A DNA stretch of 64,000 nucleotides from assembly GCF_964355755.1 (NCBI RefSeq), contig NC_092671.1, positions 5,270,001 to 5,334,000 of the forward strand, in the 5' to 3' direction. Under the pieces are notes generated by a model. That model was not told the origin of the DNA and searched no databases. It saw nothing but the letters and a program-made list of their open reading frames with translations. The translations under genes and the position numbers were made by a program. Positions 40,387-50,856 of this stretch are shown here, piece by piece; the stretch's first letter is position 1; the number at the start of each line of letters is the position of its first letter. The DNA is from Antedon mediterranea. Lineage: Eukaryota; Animalia; Echinodermata.

Positions 40387-42491
40387 TCCATTCATCACAA
40401 ATCAATACATTTGTAAAAACGTATATTAAATGTATCAAAATAGTATTTTTTAAAGAAAATCGGCCTGTCTTCAACATTATGATGCTGTACTCGAACTGTT
40501 CAACCGGTTTTCAGCTATTAAAAACAATTATCGTAGGAGGAGATAGGAAAATGCGAAGCCTCCTCGCATTTTTGTGGCGGGTATTTTTCAAGATGGACAT
40601 CCATTAGACAGTGTATACCACGATCGGAAAACACCCCTATTTGGGGCAAATCGTTGAACCTAAATTCGTTTTAATCGTCAATAACTAATTATCTAACTTA
40701 ATTTAATTAGTAAACAGGGTTACATCAGGTGGTTAAAATCAGTACCGAAAGTACGAACCAACTTTATATACCATCGAGTAAAAATTCTAGAAGTAAGGCG
40801 CGATTTACCGATTTTTGCCCTTACGTAAATTTATATATAGATTATCGATTAAAAAAAAATAAATCGCACACATGCAGAGATTCTCTCTTTCATAAAGAAA
40901 TCAATGAACAGGTGGTAACCAAAAAAGGTATATATATTTAACCTACCATGCATTGTTTTTTTGTGCTCAGGGATATTATAAATATTACTGAATGATAATC
41001 CGTAAAGTTGGTCTCATTTCTATGTTCGGTATATGAGAAAAAGAACAATTCTTTTATAATCAGTTATTGAAAAATAGTCAGAACATGAAATTAAGATATA
41101 ATGCAGAAAGCTCTATTCTAATGCTATTGACAAAATAATATCCTAATAAATGATGAGTCAATTGTTAACTTCACCTGGTTGCGCAACTTATACGTTACTA
41201 TATCATTAACAGGGAATAGTGAATAACTTTTTTGTATTGTAAGTAATTAAGTACCCTAATATGGTATGATCCAATCATTGGTTATACTGTAAGTCTAGAG
41301 ATCAACTTCTTTATGAATTAGTTTGATATAATAAACATAGTGTTTTAATTTTAAATTCTAAATTAGCCTTTTTTTTTGGTTAGAACATTAACGTACCAAT
41401 TTTATGAACTAATAATTACATAATAACTTTAAAAATACAGAGCTTCAAGTACGGGAAGTATGGAAGTCCTAACATAATAGACGATCATTTGTATAATATG
41501 AGTACAAATTAGTAACAAATTAAACATGATAAATTTCCTTCCGCATGAAAGCGTCTTTTTACTTATATACAGATTTCTCACAATTTTATGGGAACGTTAA
41601 ATTTGTAGTTTTGTATACATTTCGTAAACTAATATTGTATTTAAATTATTTCTGTGGAAATAAATAACAATAGCAATACATATAATAGTAAACTATGAGC
41701 GCTCAAGTAATCATGTGAAACAGGTCGTCATGCAACAGCTTTATGGTATAAGTTACGGTATGACTCCGGTATGACGCTATTATGCCCAAGATTCAATAAT
41801 GAATTTGGCTCTGAGTCATATTCTGTAAAATGTATCCTTGGTGACACAAAATAATAGGGGTAATAATACTTAATAATACGAATATCAGTTCTCATAAGGT
41901 AACACAATAGGGACTTTCGCATCAGGATGGGAAGCGCTGGATGACGGAAATTTACACTTTTAAACTGCTCTTGTCCCAATCTCTGGTACAACATTTTTCT
42001 AGGAGCGTTAAGCTAGATATTTGCCGTCGCCTAAACAAGATCACTCTTGTTATTATTAAATACCGCAAACAACTCTAATTGGAATTAAAATTGTGTAACA
42101 TTATATAATGTCTTAATGTTGTGTTTACAGAAATAAACATTTCACTACCATATAATTGATTTATGGAGGGTAAATAGTGCCTAGTAAACCATTGACATTT
42201 AGATTTTGTTTTAAAAAAATGCAAGCGACAGTATGGCTTGTCATATTTGAGCAATACATTTAAATCAATAATAAATATACTGCAAATTAAATACATTCTG
42301 TCGATAATTGATAAGTATATCTAGTCCGGGTCTAGTATAGCGATGTTATAAGTTATTTATAGTTTATCTTGTCTACCTAGTCACCTGCCATTTAACAGGC
42401 CTTTTTTTCTGTATAATTCTCTATTTAGTGCTTCTTCTTTTAGTTCCGGATATATATATATATCCAATCGAGTTTGAACAATACCATGAAA

Positions 42492-42563
42492 GCCCCAGTG
42501 GTCTAATGGTTAGGGCAACTGCATATCAAGCAGACGGTCCGAGTTTGAGTCTCGGTTGGGGCG
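42492..42563 (+). tRNA. tRNA-like sequence, copy 1 (anticodon position ATC; T-loop TTTGAGT)
   Basis: Acceptor GCCCCAG/TTGGGGC, D stem GTCT/GGGC, anticodon stem CTGC/GCAG with loop ATATCAA, T stem CCGAG/CTCGG, then ACTTTTT (Pol III terminator-like). Confidence 0.6.
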
Positions 42564-42855
42564 ACTTTTTCTCATTCTCACAGATTTCCTCATTTTTATC
42601 GTTTCAAATTAATTAATTAAATGTTAGTATATCACCGGGCGGTTTAGAATTAATGTTCTTTGCCTACTGTGTTTATATATATAAAAGTATCTCTTCGGAG
42701 ATCCCGCCTCGTGAATAAAAATACTGTAAGATGAGGGCGTATCAATTTGATCTCTGTTGCGCGTGTGTACAACTGAGGACTAGTGCTGTTCCGCCGTACC
42801 ACGCCGAGAATGTTAAAGAGTCGCTATCCAATCGAGTTTGAACAATACCATGAAA

Positions 42856-42927
42856 GCCCCAGTGGTCTAATGGTTAGGGCAACTGCATATCAAGCAGACG
42901 GTCTGAGTTCGAGTCTCGGTTGGGGCG
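42856..42927 (+). tRNA. tRNA-like sequence, copy 2 (canonical GTTCGAG B box)
   Basis: Same cloverleaf; the T stem CTGAG/CTCGG has one G-U pair; T-loop TTCGAGT; TTTTT downstream. Confidence 0.6.
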
Positions 42928-43219
42928 ACTTTTTCTCATTCTCAAAGATTTCCTCATCTTTATCGTTTCAAATTAATTAATTAAATTTCAGTATATCACC
43001 GGGCGGTTTAGAATTAATGTTCTTTGCCTACTGTGTTTATATATATAAAAGTATCTCTTCGGAGATCCCGCCTCGTGAATAAAAATACTGTAAGATGAGG
43101 GCGTATCAATTTGATCTCTGTTGCGCGTGTGTACAACTGAGGACTAGTGCTGTTCCGCCGTACCACGCCGAGAATGTTAAAGAGTCGCTATCCAATCGAG
43201 TTTGAACAATACCATGAAA

Positions 43220-43291
43220 GCCCCAGTGGTCTAATGGTTAGGGCAACTGCATATCAAGCAGACGGTCCGAGTTCAAGTCTCGGTTGGGGCG
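43220..43291 (+). tRNA. tRNA-like sequence, copy 3 (T-loop TTCAAGT)
   Basis: Same cloverleaf with a perfect T stem; TTTTT downstream. Confidence 0.6.
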
Positions 43292-43469
43292 ACTTTTTCT
43301 CATTCTCACAGATTTCCTCATCTTTATCGTTTCAAATTAATTAATTAAATTTCAGTATATCACCGGGCGGTTTAGAATTAATGTTCTTTGCCTACTGTAT
43401 ATATATATAGATATATATATCCGGAACTAAAAGAAGAAGCACTAAATAGAGAATTATACAGAATTATAC

Positions 43470-43818
43470 ACGAGATCTAATAATTAGATCGAAACAGTAC
43501 TGTCTGCAGATTGGATATTACGCTCCTCTACTTTCTGCTATATACATATATATATATATAATATATATATTATAGTATGTTGTTTTATAGAGCACTCTTC
43601 AGTTCGAAACGGTGCATTTTTGTTGTGAATACTATTAGCATTTTGCAAAGCACGCTCGTTGAGCTTGTGCACTCTTTGTGTTCATAATCAGTGTACCATG
43701 TCCCGCATACCTGGCTCAGCCTATATATTGTGCCAGTTCTGCGGTACATTTCATTTCGAAACCTGAACTGCACTGACGAGATCTAATAAGATCGAAACAG
43801 TCCTGTCTGCAGATTGGA
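43470..43818 (+). mobile_element. Non-LTR retrozyme (303-nt monomer between two type I hammerheads)
   Basis: A 5'-truncated hammerhead at 43470-43509 and a complete one at 43768-43812; predicted GUC cleavage after 43504 and 43807; ends GATTGGA-(TA)n; no meaningful ORF. Confidence 0.8.
43768..43812 (+). ncRNA. Minimal type I hammerhead ribozyme
   Basis: Stem I CTGCA/TGCAG; core CTGACGA; stem II GATC-TAATAA-GATC; GAAA; stem III CAG-TC-CTG; GTC cleavage triplet at 43805-43807. Confidence 0.88.
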
Positions 43819-44524
43819 TATATATATATATGCTGCGAATATCATAATCTGTTTACTCACAGACATGATAGGCCCTATAATGTACATTATTTTTATTGTG
43901 GAAAAATCGAAACATTCCAATCCATAATGACTGTCTTCATATATCTTCTACACTTTGTGAATCTACATTGACAATTTAAAGCTTAAATAAAAATTGTAAT
44001 AAAAGGAAGATATGATGGTAAAACAAGAAAGGAAGGAAAAGGATATAGATGCTTTATAGAATGACACAACATAGATCAGCTATCAAAACATTAAAGCTTG
44101 ATCAACCTGTAGCCGAACATTTTAATTCAGCTGGTCACTCGATTGCAAATTTCAGAGTTATTGCAATAGACCACGATGTCAAATGGAGCGACAAAACTCG
44201 CAAAGACAAAGAAAACCACTGGGAATTACTACTTAAAACCACAAAACCTTTTGGACTTAACATTAGGAACATACTCCCAGATCGGTAAAATTATTCCATT
44301 GACTACCAAAATTTAAGTTTCAATATTAACCACCATTTTAGCTTTTTTAGTTCCATTCCAAAATTGTTTATATCGCTACCAAGCTACCTTCATTGTTTTC
44401 TACTCTTATTCAATCTCCACCCACTATTCAACACGCTGTTTCTATTGTTTTATTTCTTTTATTCCTGTCCACCCAGGCAGTACTTGCCAACTCATATGCT
44501 ATGACTTTATCCAAATTCCCTCAC

Positions 44525-44566
44525 TTGCACTGATGAAGGGCTAGTGTTGCCCGAAAGCTCTGCTAA
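44525..44566 (+). ncRNA. Penelope-associated minimal hammerhead ribozyme (5' pLTR)
   Basis: GCA-CTGATGA-A-GGGC-TAGTGTT-GCCC-GAAA-GC-TC-TGC; helix III is reduced to the palindrome AGCT, as described for PLE hammerheads. Confidence 0.78.
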
Positions 44567-45052
44567 CTTTTCTGGCTGTTTACTTTATCGTTTTGATTTA
44601 GCTTTTCGCTTTTTATTTTTGTATCTCCATTGAGATCCAGCCACTGATACCCACAGCATTGTCATTTTTTTCAGTAATTTGCCTTTGGATTTATATATAT
44701 TTTCTACTGTTTGTATCAATTTTGATCTGATTATGGAGGGTACTTTGGATAACTTTACCAAATTACGTGTCCTGTCCGAGAAACGTGTCAGGTATCGTCA
44801 CCATTTACATACTTTCTTTTACATCGTTCTAAACATTCGGCCCCTAAAGGACTTCAATTTTATGTCACATCTGGCATTCGATTTGCAGATGATGACATGC
44901 GTTCTCGTTGGAACGCTGTCCTTCACAAAAATGCTTGTCAACTCAATGAGATCTAAATTGGCAATTGCCGCAAAATCCTCACGGAGTTTGACGTTGAAAT
45001 TCCCTCTAGAACTAAGAAGTTGAAAAGAGAACTTCCTGTATTCGAGTTTCAA

Positions 45053-45369
45053 AATAAAAGTGCTTTGTCTAAGAAGAGTTTTTCTTTTAAATTGAAACGG
45101 CACCTCTTATCTAGTTATGTTTAATTATCCTTTCACTCATTGTAGTTTTGATATTTAGTCTTTTCGGTACCCTGAAACTTAAAGTCTTCATTACTGTTTT
45201 TGTCCTGTTTCCGGTTCCCGTGTTGTCCTGTTTTTTTTTCAGTTTCTATGGGCTGCCTTATACAAGCTTTGCTTTTTAGGAATGTTGCCCCTCTTATTTT
45301 AATAATTTTTACTGTTAATTTTTATTTTCTATGAAAGACAAGAGAAATAAATGTTACTTTGATTGATTG
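45053..45369 (+). mobile_element. 5'-truncated retroelement 3' UTR with (TTGA)n tail inside the Penelope ORF
   Basis: T-rich non-coding block ending GAGAAATAAATGTTACT-TTGATTGATTGA, with a similar tail at 29280-29316; removing it plausibly joins ...RELPVFEFQ to LIENKLRII... Confidence 0.55.
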
Positions 45370-47994
45370 AAAACAAACTCAGGATTATCGCCAATGATTG
45401 CCGTAAGCAATCAACGGCAATGGCCCGAAGGGGACATCACAAATTTGGTCTACCTGCAGACTTGGTCATTTCAACACAAATGACTCTACCTTCGGATGAT
45501 TTCAGGGCTTTTAGGAAACCCTGCAGAAGGTTCGTTCGGACATATAACAAGAATCGGAGCAACACCTCTGATTCAGTTGTTGAAATTAATTGCCGACTTT
45601 CCGAAGGAGAGAAAAAACTTCTTTCCCGAGGACTTAAATTCTGCCCAAAACCAAGGCAGGAGGTCGGCGCACAACAACTATCTTTGGATATGGAGTCTTT
45701 CTTTAGAAGATTACGATTACGTGAACATTTTGCTGATTCAGACAGCAGCAACACGCAAAACGAAGGCAACGCTAACAAATTTAAAGCAAAAAGTTCCTGG
45801 AATCCACCTAAAAATCGTTGTCCAGCTTTAGAAACATTTATTCAGGCTATTGAGGAGGATGTACAAAACTACGTTCCGAGTCCAGATAAACGTGACAATC
45901 TCTCAAAACAAGAGAGGCAGGCCATTGCCAAATTGCGTCAGCGTAATGATATTATCATTAAACCCGCTGATAAAGGTTCTGCCACTGTTGCCATGGACAT
46001 CAAATTTTATGAAGAGGAGTCCTTAAGACAGCTAAACAATTCCCTTCATTATCGTAAACTTACAACGGATCCCACCCCGGAAATTGCGGATAAGGTGGCC
46101 AAATCTGTTTCTGTGATGGTAAAAAAACACTCCATCGATCCTAAGATTGGACCTCATTTGGCACAGGTCAATCCAGTTCCAGGCAGATTTATTTCCTACC
46201 TAAAATCCACAAATCAGGCAATCCTGGTAGACCCATTATTTTGGGCAATGGCACTGCTACAGAGAAAATGTCTGAATATGTGGATGATTTACTTAGACCA
46301 TATGTGACTGATCTCCCTTCATACATTCAGGACTCCACGGACTTTATCCGCAAAATTAACCAAATTCAAAATTTACCTAATAATTCTGTTCTGGCTACAT
46401 TAGATGTTTCATCATTGTATACTAATATCCCTCACGAAGAAGGAGCCGACGCATGTATTTTAAATTACATACAAATTCCAAGCAAAACGCCTACTAAAGC
46501 TCATTTACGAGAACTGGTCATGTTGATTTTAACCAACAACAATTTTATTTTTGGAAATGACCATTACCTTCAAATTCATGGCACAGCGATGGGCACAAAA
46601 ATGGCGCCATCTTTTGCAAATTTATTTATGGGACAATTTGAGGCCAATTTTCTGTCCCTCCAACCAAATAAACCACTTGTTTGGTTTAGATACATTGACG
46701 ACATCTTCATGATCTGGACCCATGGTGAAGATAATTTGGAATCTTTTCTTCTCAATATTAATTCAGCCCACCCAACTATCAAATTTACAGCTACCAAATC
46801 CACTAGTAGTGTTGATTTTTTGGACACTATAGTGACCATAGAAAATGGTACACTCAAAACTGACCTATTCCGTAAACCCACGAATAAAAATATGTACCTG
46901 CTCCCTAGCAGTTGTCACCCCCGACACTGTACTAAAAACATACCGTACAGTCACGCATTACGTATCAGACGTCTCTGTTCTTCAGATTTAGATTTTCAGA
47001 ATCGTACCGAAGAACTAACCGGACATCTCCGGAATAGAAATTACAAGAAGGAACACATCGAAACTGCTATAAAGAAATCAAAAGATATTCCTCGATGTCA
47101 AACACTGACGTACAAACCACGTCAGCCAAAAAAATCGACCAGTCACAACCTACCACCCTAGGTTGCCTCCATTACGGGCTATTATTGAGAAACATATGCC
47201 CATTCTACAGTCCACAGAACGTCTCAGGACAGTTTTTCCGCGACCACCCATTATTGCATTTTGTAGACCTCCCAACCTTCCAGATCCAAATTTAAGAGTG
47301 AAATTAACTCTTATGACAGGCAAAATTTGGGCAGTCACCTTTGCGGCAAATCTTGCAAAACTTGTTCATTGGTTGATTCTACTGAAAAATTTGAGAGTAA
47401 CCAAACTGGCCGCATTTTTCGGATAAGACAATCAATTAATTGTCTAACCAAAAACGTCATTTATCTCATATACTGTAATATTTGTGAGAAACAGTACGTC
47501 GGAGAAACAAAAAACACTCTCCGTATGAGAATGACACAACATAGATCAGCTATCAAAACATTAAAGCTTGATCAACCTGTAGCCGAACATTTTAATTCAG
47601 CTGGTCACTCGATTGCAAATTTCAGAGTTATTGCAATAGACCACGATGTCAAATGGAGCGACAAAACTCGCAAAGACAAAGAAAACCACTGGGAATTACT
47701 ACTTAAAACCACAAAACCTTTTGGACTTAACATTAGGAACATACTCCCAGATCGGTAAAATTATTCCATTGACTACCAAAATTTAAGTTTCAATATAAAC
47801 CACCATTTTAGCTTTTTTAGTTCCATTCCAAAATTGTTTTTATCTCTACCAAGCTACCTTCATTGTTTTCTACTCTTATTCAATCTCCACCCACTATTCA
47901 ACACGCTGTTTCTATTGTTATATTTCTTTTATTCCTGTCCACCCAGACAGTACTTGCCAACTCATATGCTATGACTTTATCCAAATTCCCCCAC

Positions 47995-48036
47995 TTGCAC
48001 TGATGAAGGGCTAGTGTTGCCAGAAAGCTCTGCTAA
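47995..48036 (+). ncRNA. Penelope-associated hammerhead ribozyme (3' pLTR copy, stem II mismatch)
   Basis: Same as 44525-44566 but GCCC is changed to GCCA in stem II. Confidence 0.7.
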
Positions 48037-48138
48037 CTTTTCTGGCTATTTACTTTATCGTTTTGATTTAGCTTTTCGCTTTTTATTTTTGTATCTCCAT
48101 TGAGATCCAGCCACTGATACCCACAGCATTGTCATTTT

Positions 48139-49020
48139 TAGTCGCGTGGAAGCGACTCTATAGTTCACTATGTCGGTCGGTCTGTCGGTCTGTCTGTCGG
48201 TCCGGTATCACTATGCGTTTTATCGCTTTCTGACCTTATCTTGATATCAGTTTAATCTAGCTAAGTGAATTTTTCACAGTATATTCCTTATGGCCAGGAA
48301 TCGATGTGGTTATGTTTTCGCGGTGCGCAATAACAAATTACGCGGTCTACGCATGATTTAACGAAATCACGTTTGTAATCATATCTTCACAACCATGAAT
48401 CACAATTAAATAAAATTTGGTACTCATAGATTTCAGGGCATAAATCATCATATGGCAATACAATTACGTGCGTAGCGCATGTAACGCATGCGTACGCGCG
48501 CTTAAAATTTTCAAAATTTATTTTCGATGAAATAAGAGTACGTTTCAGGCAATTTTAAGCGTTTACAAAAATGCCATGAGTCACAAAGTTACGCGCGAAC
48601 GCGCATTTAAAATTTTAAAATGCGCAAAATTTATTTTTAATCAACTTTCTACGCGTTTCTTGTCATTTTGAGCATGTCAAAAATTCTCATACGCGCGCAA
48701 ATTTTTACGCGCGTGGTGCGCACGTAGCGTTAAATACATACTTTTTTCGCGTGATTTATGTTTTTGCAGCCTTTTCTAATAATTTTACCATCTTTTAAAC
48801 AATTTCGACTTAAAATTACGTCATACGAGCACGTCGAATTGGATAATTTGCGCACGTTTTTGATGAAAAAGTTAAAAAATTCGTCAAAATTATGCCTTTT
48901 TAGTCGCGTGGACGCGACTATAGTTCACTATGTCGGTCGGTCTGTCTGTCGGTCTGTCTGTCTGTCGGTCCGGTATCATTATGCATTGTAGCACGCGACT
49001 TAATGGCTGTTGGCCTTGTT
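48139..49020 (+). mobile_element. HINE/DINE-1-like element inserted in the Penelope 3' pLTR
   Basis: Splits the T-run GTCATTTTTTTCAG that is intact at 44661-44674; AGTCGCGTG/CACGCGACT sub-TIRs; (GTCT)n; a second 5' module at ~48900. Confidence 0.85.
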
Positions 49021-49936
49021 TTCAGTAATTTGCCTTTGGATTTATATATATATATGTTTAGATCTATCAAGCATCATATCCTTGTCCTTCCTTTCTTGTT
49101 TTACCATCATATCTTCCTTTTATTACAATTTTTATTTAAGCTTTAAATTGTCAATGTAGATTCACAAAGTGTAGAAGATATATGAAGACAGCCATTATGG
49201 ATTGGAATGTTTCGATTTTTCCACAATAAAAATAATGTACATTATAGGGCCTATCATGTCTGTGAGTAAACAGATTATGATATTCGCAGCAAACGTATAA
49301 TTGTTTATATTGGAATGGCACTTGGTACACCGTAGTTATATACGCCAACGTTAAAAATACATCATTATATCATAATGAGAGAGAAGCGTATTTTAAGAAA
49401 GTATTCTACATGAACACAGAGGTTTATATTGTATTACCATAACTAATATCTGATAATATGATGTATACTTTATATTTTAAGAGCATTTAGTCTATATGTA
49501 AATTTTACAAAATGGTATATCATTATTTGTTGTTGATTGTGTCGACACGCAGCAGAGCTCTCTACATTTCTAAAAGCAATATGTCAAACTTGTTAATGGT
49601 TTTGAATAAAGCTGATCAAAACTTTTAAGTTTGATAAATTATACCACAAGAATATTACTTCTATTACTTATTTCTATTGCAACATGGAAGCAATTATATT
49701 GGATCGTAAAAAAAATAGAAAGTTCGTTATGCATCTTAATAGGTAATATCGATTATTAAGAAAATTGCATTAATGGATAAGTCATCTTTATTATTAGGTC
49801 CACTCATATTTTCAACATTATCATAGGCTTACTCATGTACTCATCACATTTTATGAACATATTAATATAGAAACTAATATTTGTTTGAAATTGCAATTCA
49901 ACAAATCGCCAACACGGAACACACACAGAACTATTA

Positions 49937-50395
49937 ACTTACCTTTAGTAAATTCTTACCTTTAGTAAAGTTAAGAGGCAATGAGTTTTTTTTTTTTAAA
50001 CTCGTAGGGAGCCTCTTCTCTCATATGTGTGTATGTGTGTGTATTTGTCAAGTTTGTTTTTGAATGAATTTACACTCTTGCTATTGACAACAGATTCGGG
50101 CAGCGAGTTCCACTTGTTAATTACTCTAGTATCAAAAAAAATTATTCCGTTTAGTTGAGTTCCATCTAGGTTTCTTTAATTTAAAAGTTGAGCCTCGAGT
50201 GATATTTGGACCAACTTCAGATGCTAATTTAAAAAAGGAGGCGATCTATATTTTCGTAACCATTCAAAAATTTAAAAACTTCGATGAGGTCTCCGCGTTC
50301 CCTTCTTTCCAGTAAAGTTGGTAAACCTAGCTGTATCCTGCGCTCTTCATAGGGCAAGTTTCTGAGTTCTGGTACAAGTTTTGTTGCTCGTTAAT
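49937..50395 (-). mobile_element. CR1-type LINE 3' fragment
   Basis: The minus strand encodes LERRERGDLIEVFK...TRG...FF..RVINKWNSLP..VV..KSVNSFKNKLDKY, followed by a short UTR and a repeated TTTACTAAAGGTAAG tail. Confidence 0.8.
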
Positions 50396-50509
50396 ATTAA
50401 TGAATAAAGAAATGAATGTTTTGATTTTTCTTATTAAAAAACCCCATTATTTTAGCAGGCCAATGAACATTGAATCTACTACTATCTCTATACCGATGGT
50501 TCTTCGTTC

Positions 50510-50814
50510 TTTTTTGTCTTATGTAGGATCGACCCACTTTTATTTCTTCATCAATAAAATGTTCGTTTACAATGAGTACATTGAGCACATGAGTAATGTA
50601 ATGATACAATACAATATAATTGACATTAACTAACTTTCAGTACAACTGATATCTCACTCCTACCATTGCATTTTATATATAATAGTATAAGGGAAGAAAA
50701 AAAAAATTCCTCTATGTTATACACTCTTTACACGTTTTTCAATCCTTAACAATGTACGTATAATTTACCACAGAGTTCTTAATTTTATAACTCTTTTTAT
50801 CTCTTTCAGGCAAT

Positions 50815-50856
<42 letters not shown>

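Larger units (their letters stand above)
42461..43397 (-). repeat. 364-bp tandem repeat (2.6 units) with a tRNA-like cloverleaf, bounded by (TA)n; putative non-autonomous retroelement
   Basis: The period is exactly 364 (42492/42856/43220), with few substitutions between units. Both ends abut (TA)n and the minus-strand end reads GATTGGA-(TA)n. Strand is inferred from the junction structure. Confidence 0.85.
44058..49055 (+). mobile_element. Penelope-like retroelement (Neptune-like; RT + Cys linker + GIY-YIG) in partial-tandem pLTR arrangement, decayed
   Basis: 44058-44700 duplicates 47528-48138 plus 49021-49050. The ORF pieces carry LSRGLKFCP, IKPADKG, LDVSSLYTNI, GTAMG, RYIDDIF, FLD, SCHP, a CGKSCKTC linker and VIY...YVGET...R (GIY-YIG), with three apparent frameshifts. 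Ends CTTTGGATT-(TA)n. Confidence 0.93.

Noticed and set aside
42773-42855. CTGAGGA...GAAA as a hammerhead in the 364-bp unit
   Set aside because: The nearest GAAA (~42852) is not preceded by a stem closing onto the base after the core, and no helix III or cleavage triplet fits.
42428-43344. Three repeated 62-65 aa ORFs (YPIEFEQYHESP...)
   Set aside because: They start at GTG, overlap the tRNA-like fold and simply follow the 364-bp period; no coding evidence.
45363-47758. Selenocysteine recoding (Naiad-type PLE) as the cause of the ORF breaks
   Set aside because: The breaks are frameshifts, not in-frame TGA codons at Cys positions, and I could not identify a SECIS.
50816-50853. Long A-run as the poly(A) tail of the Tx1 element
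   Set aside because: The element is on the minus strand, so the run reads as poly(T) inside its 3' UTR.
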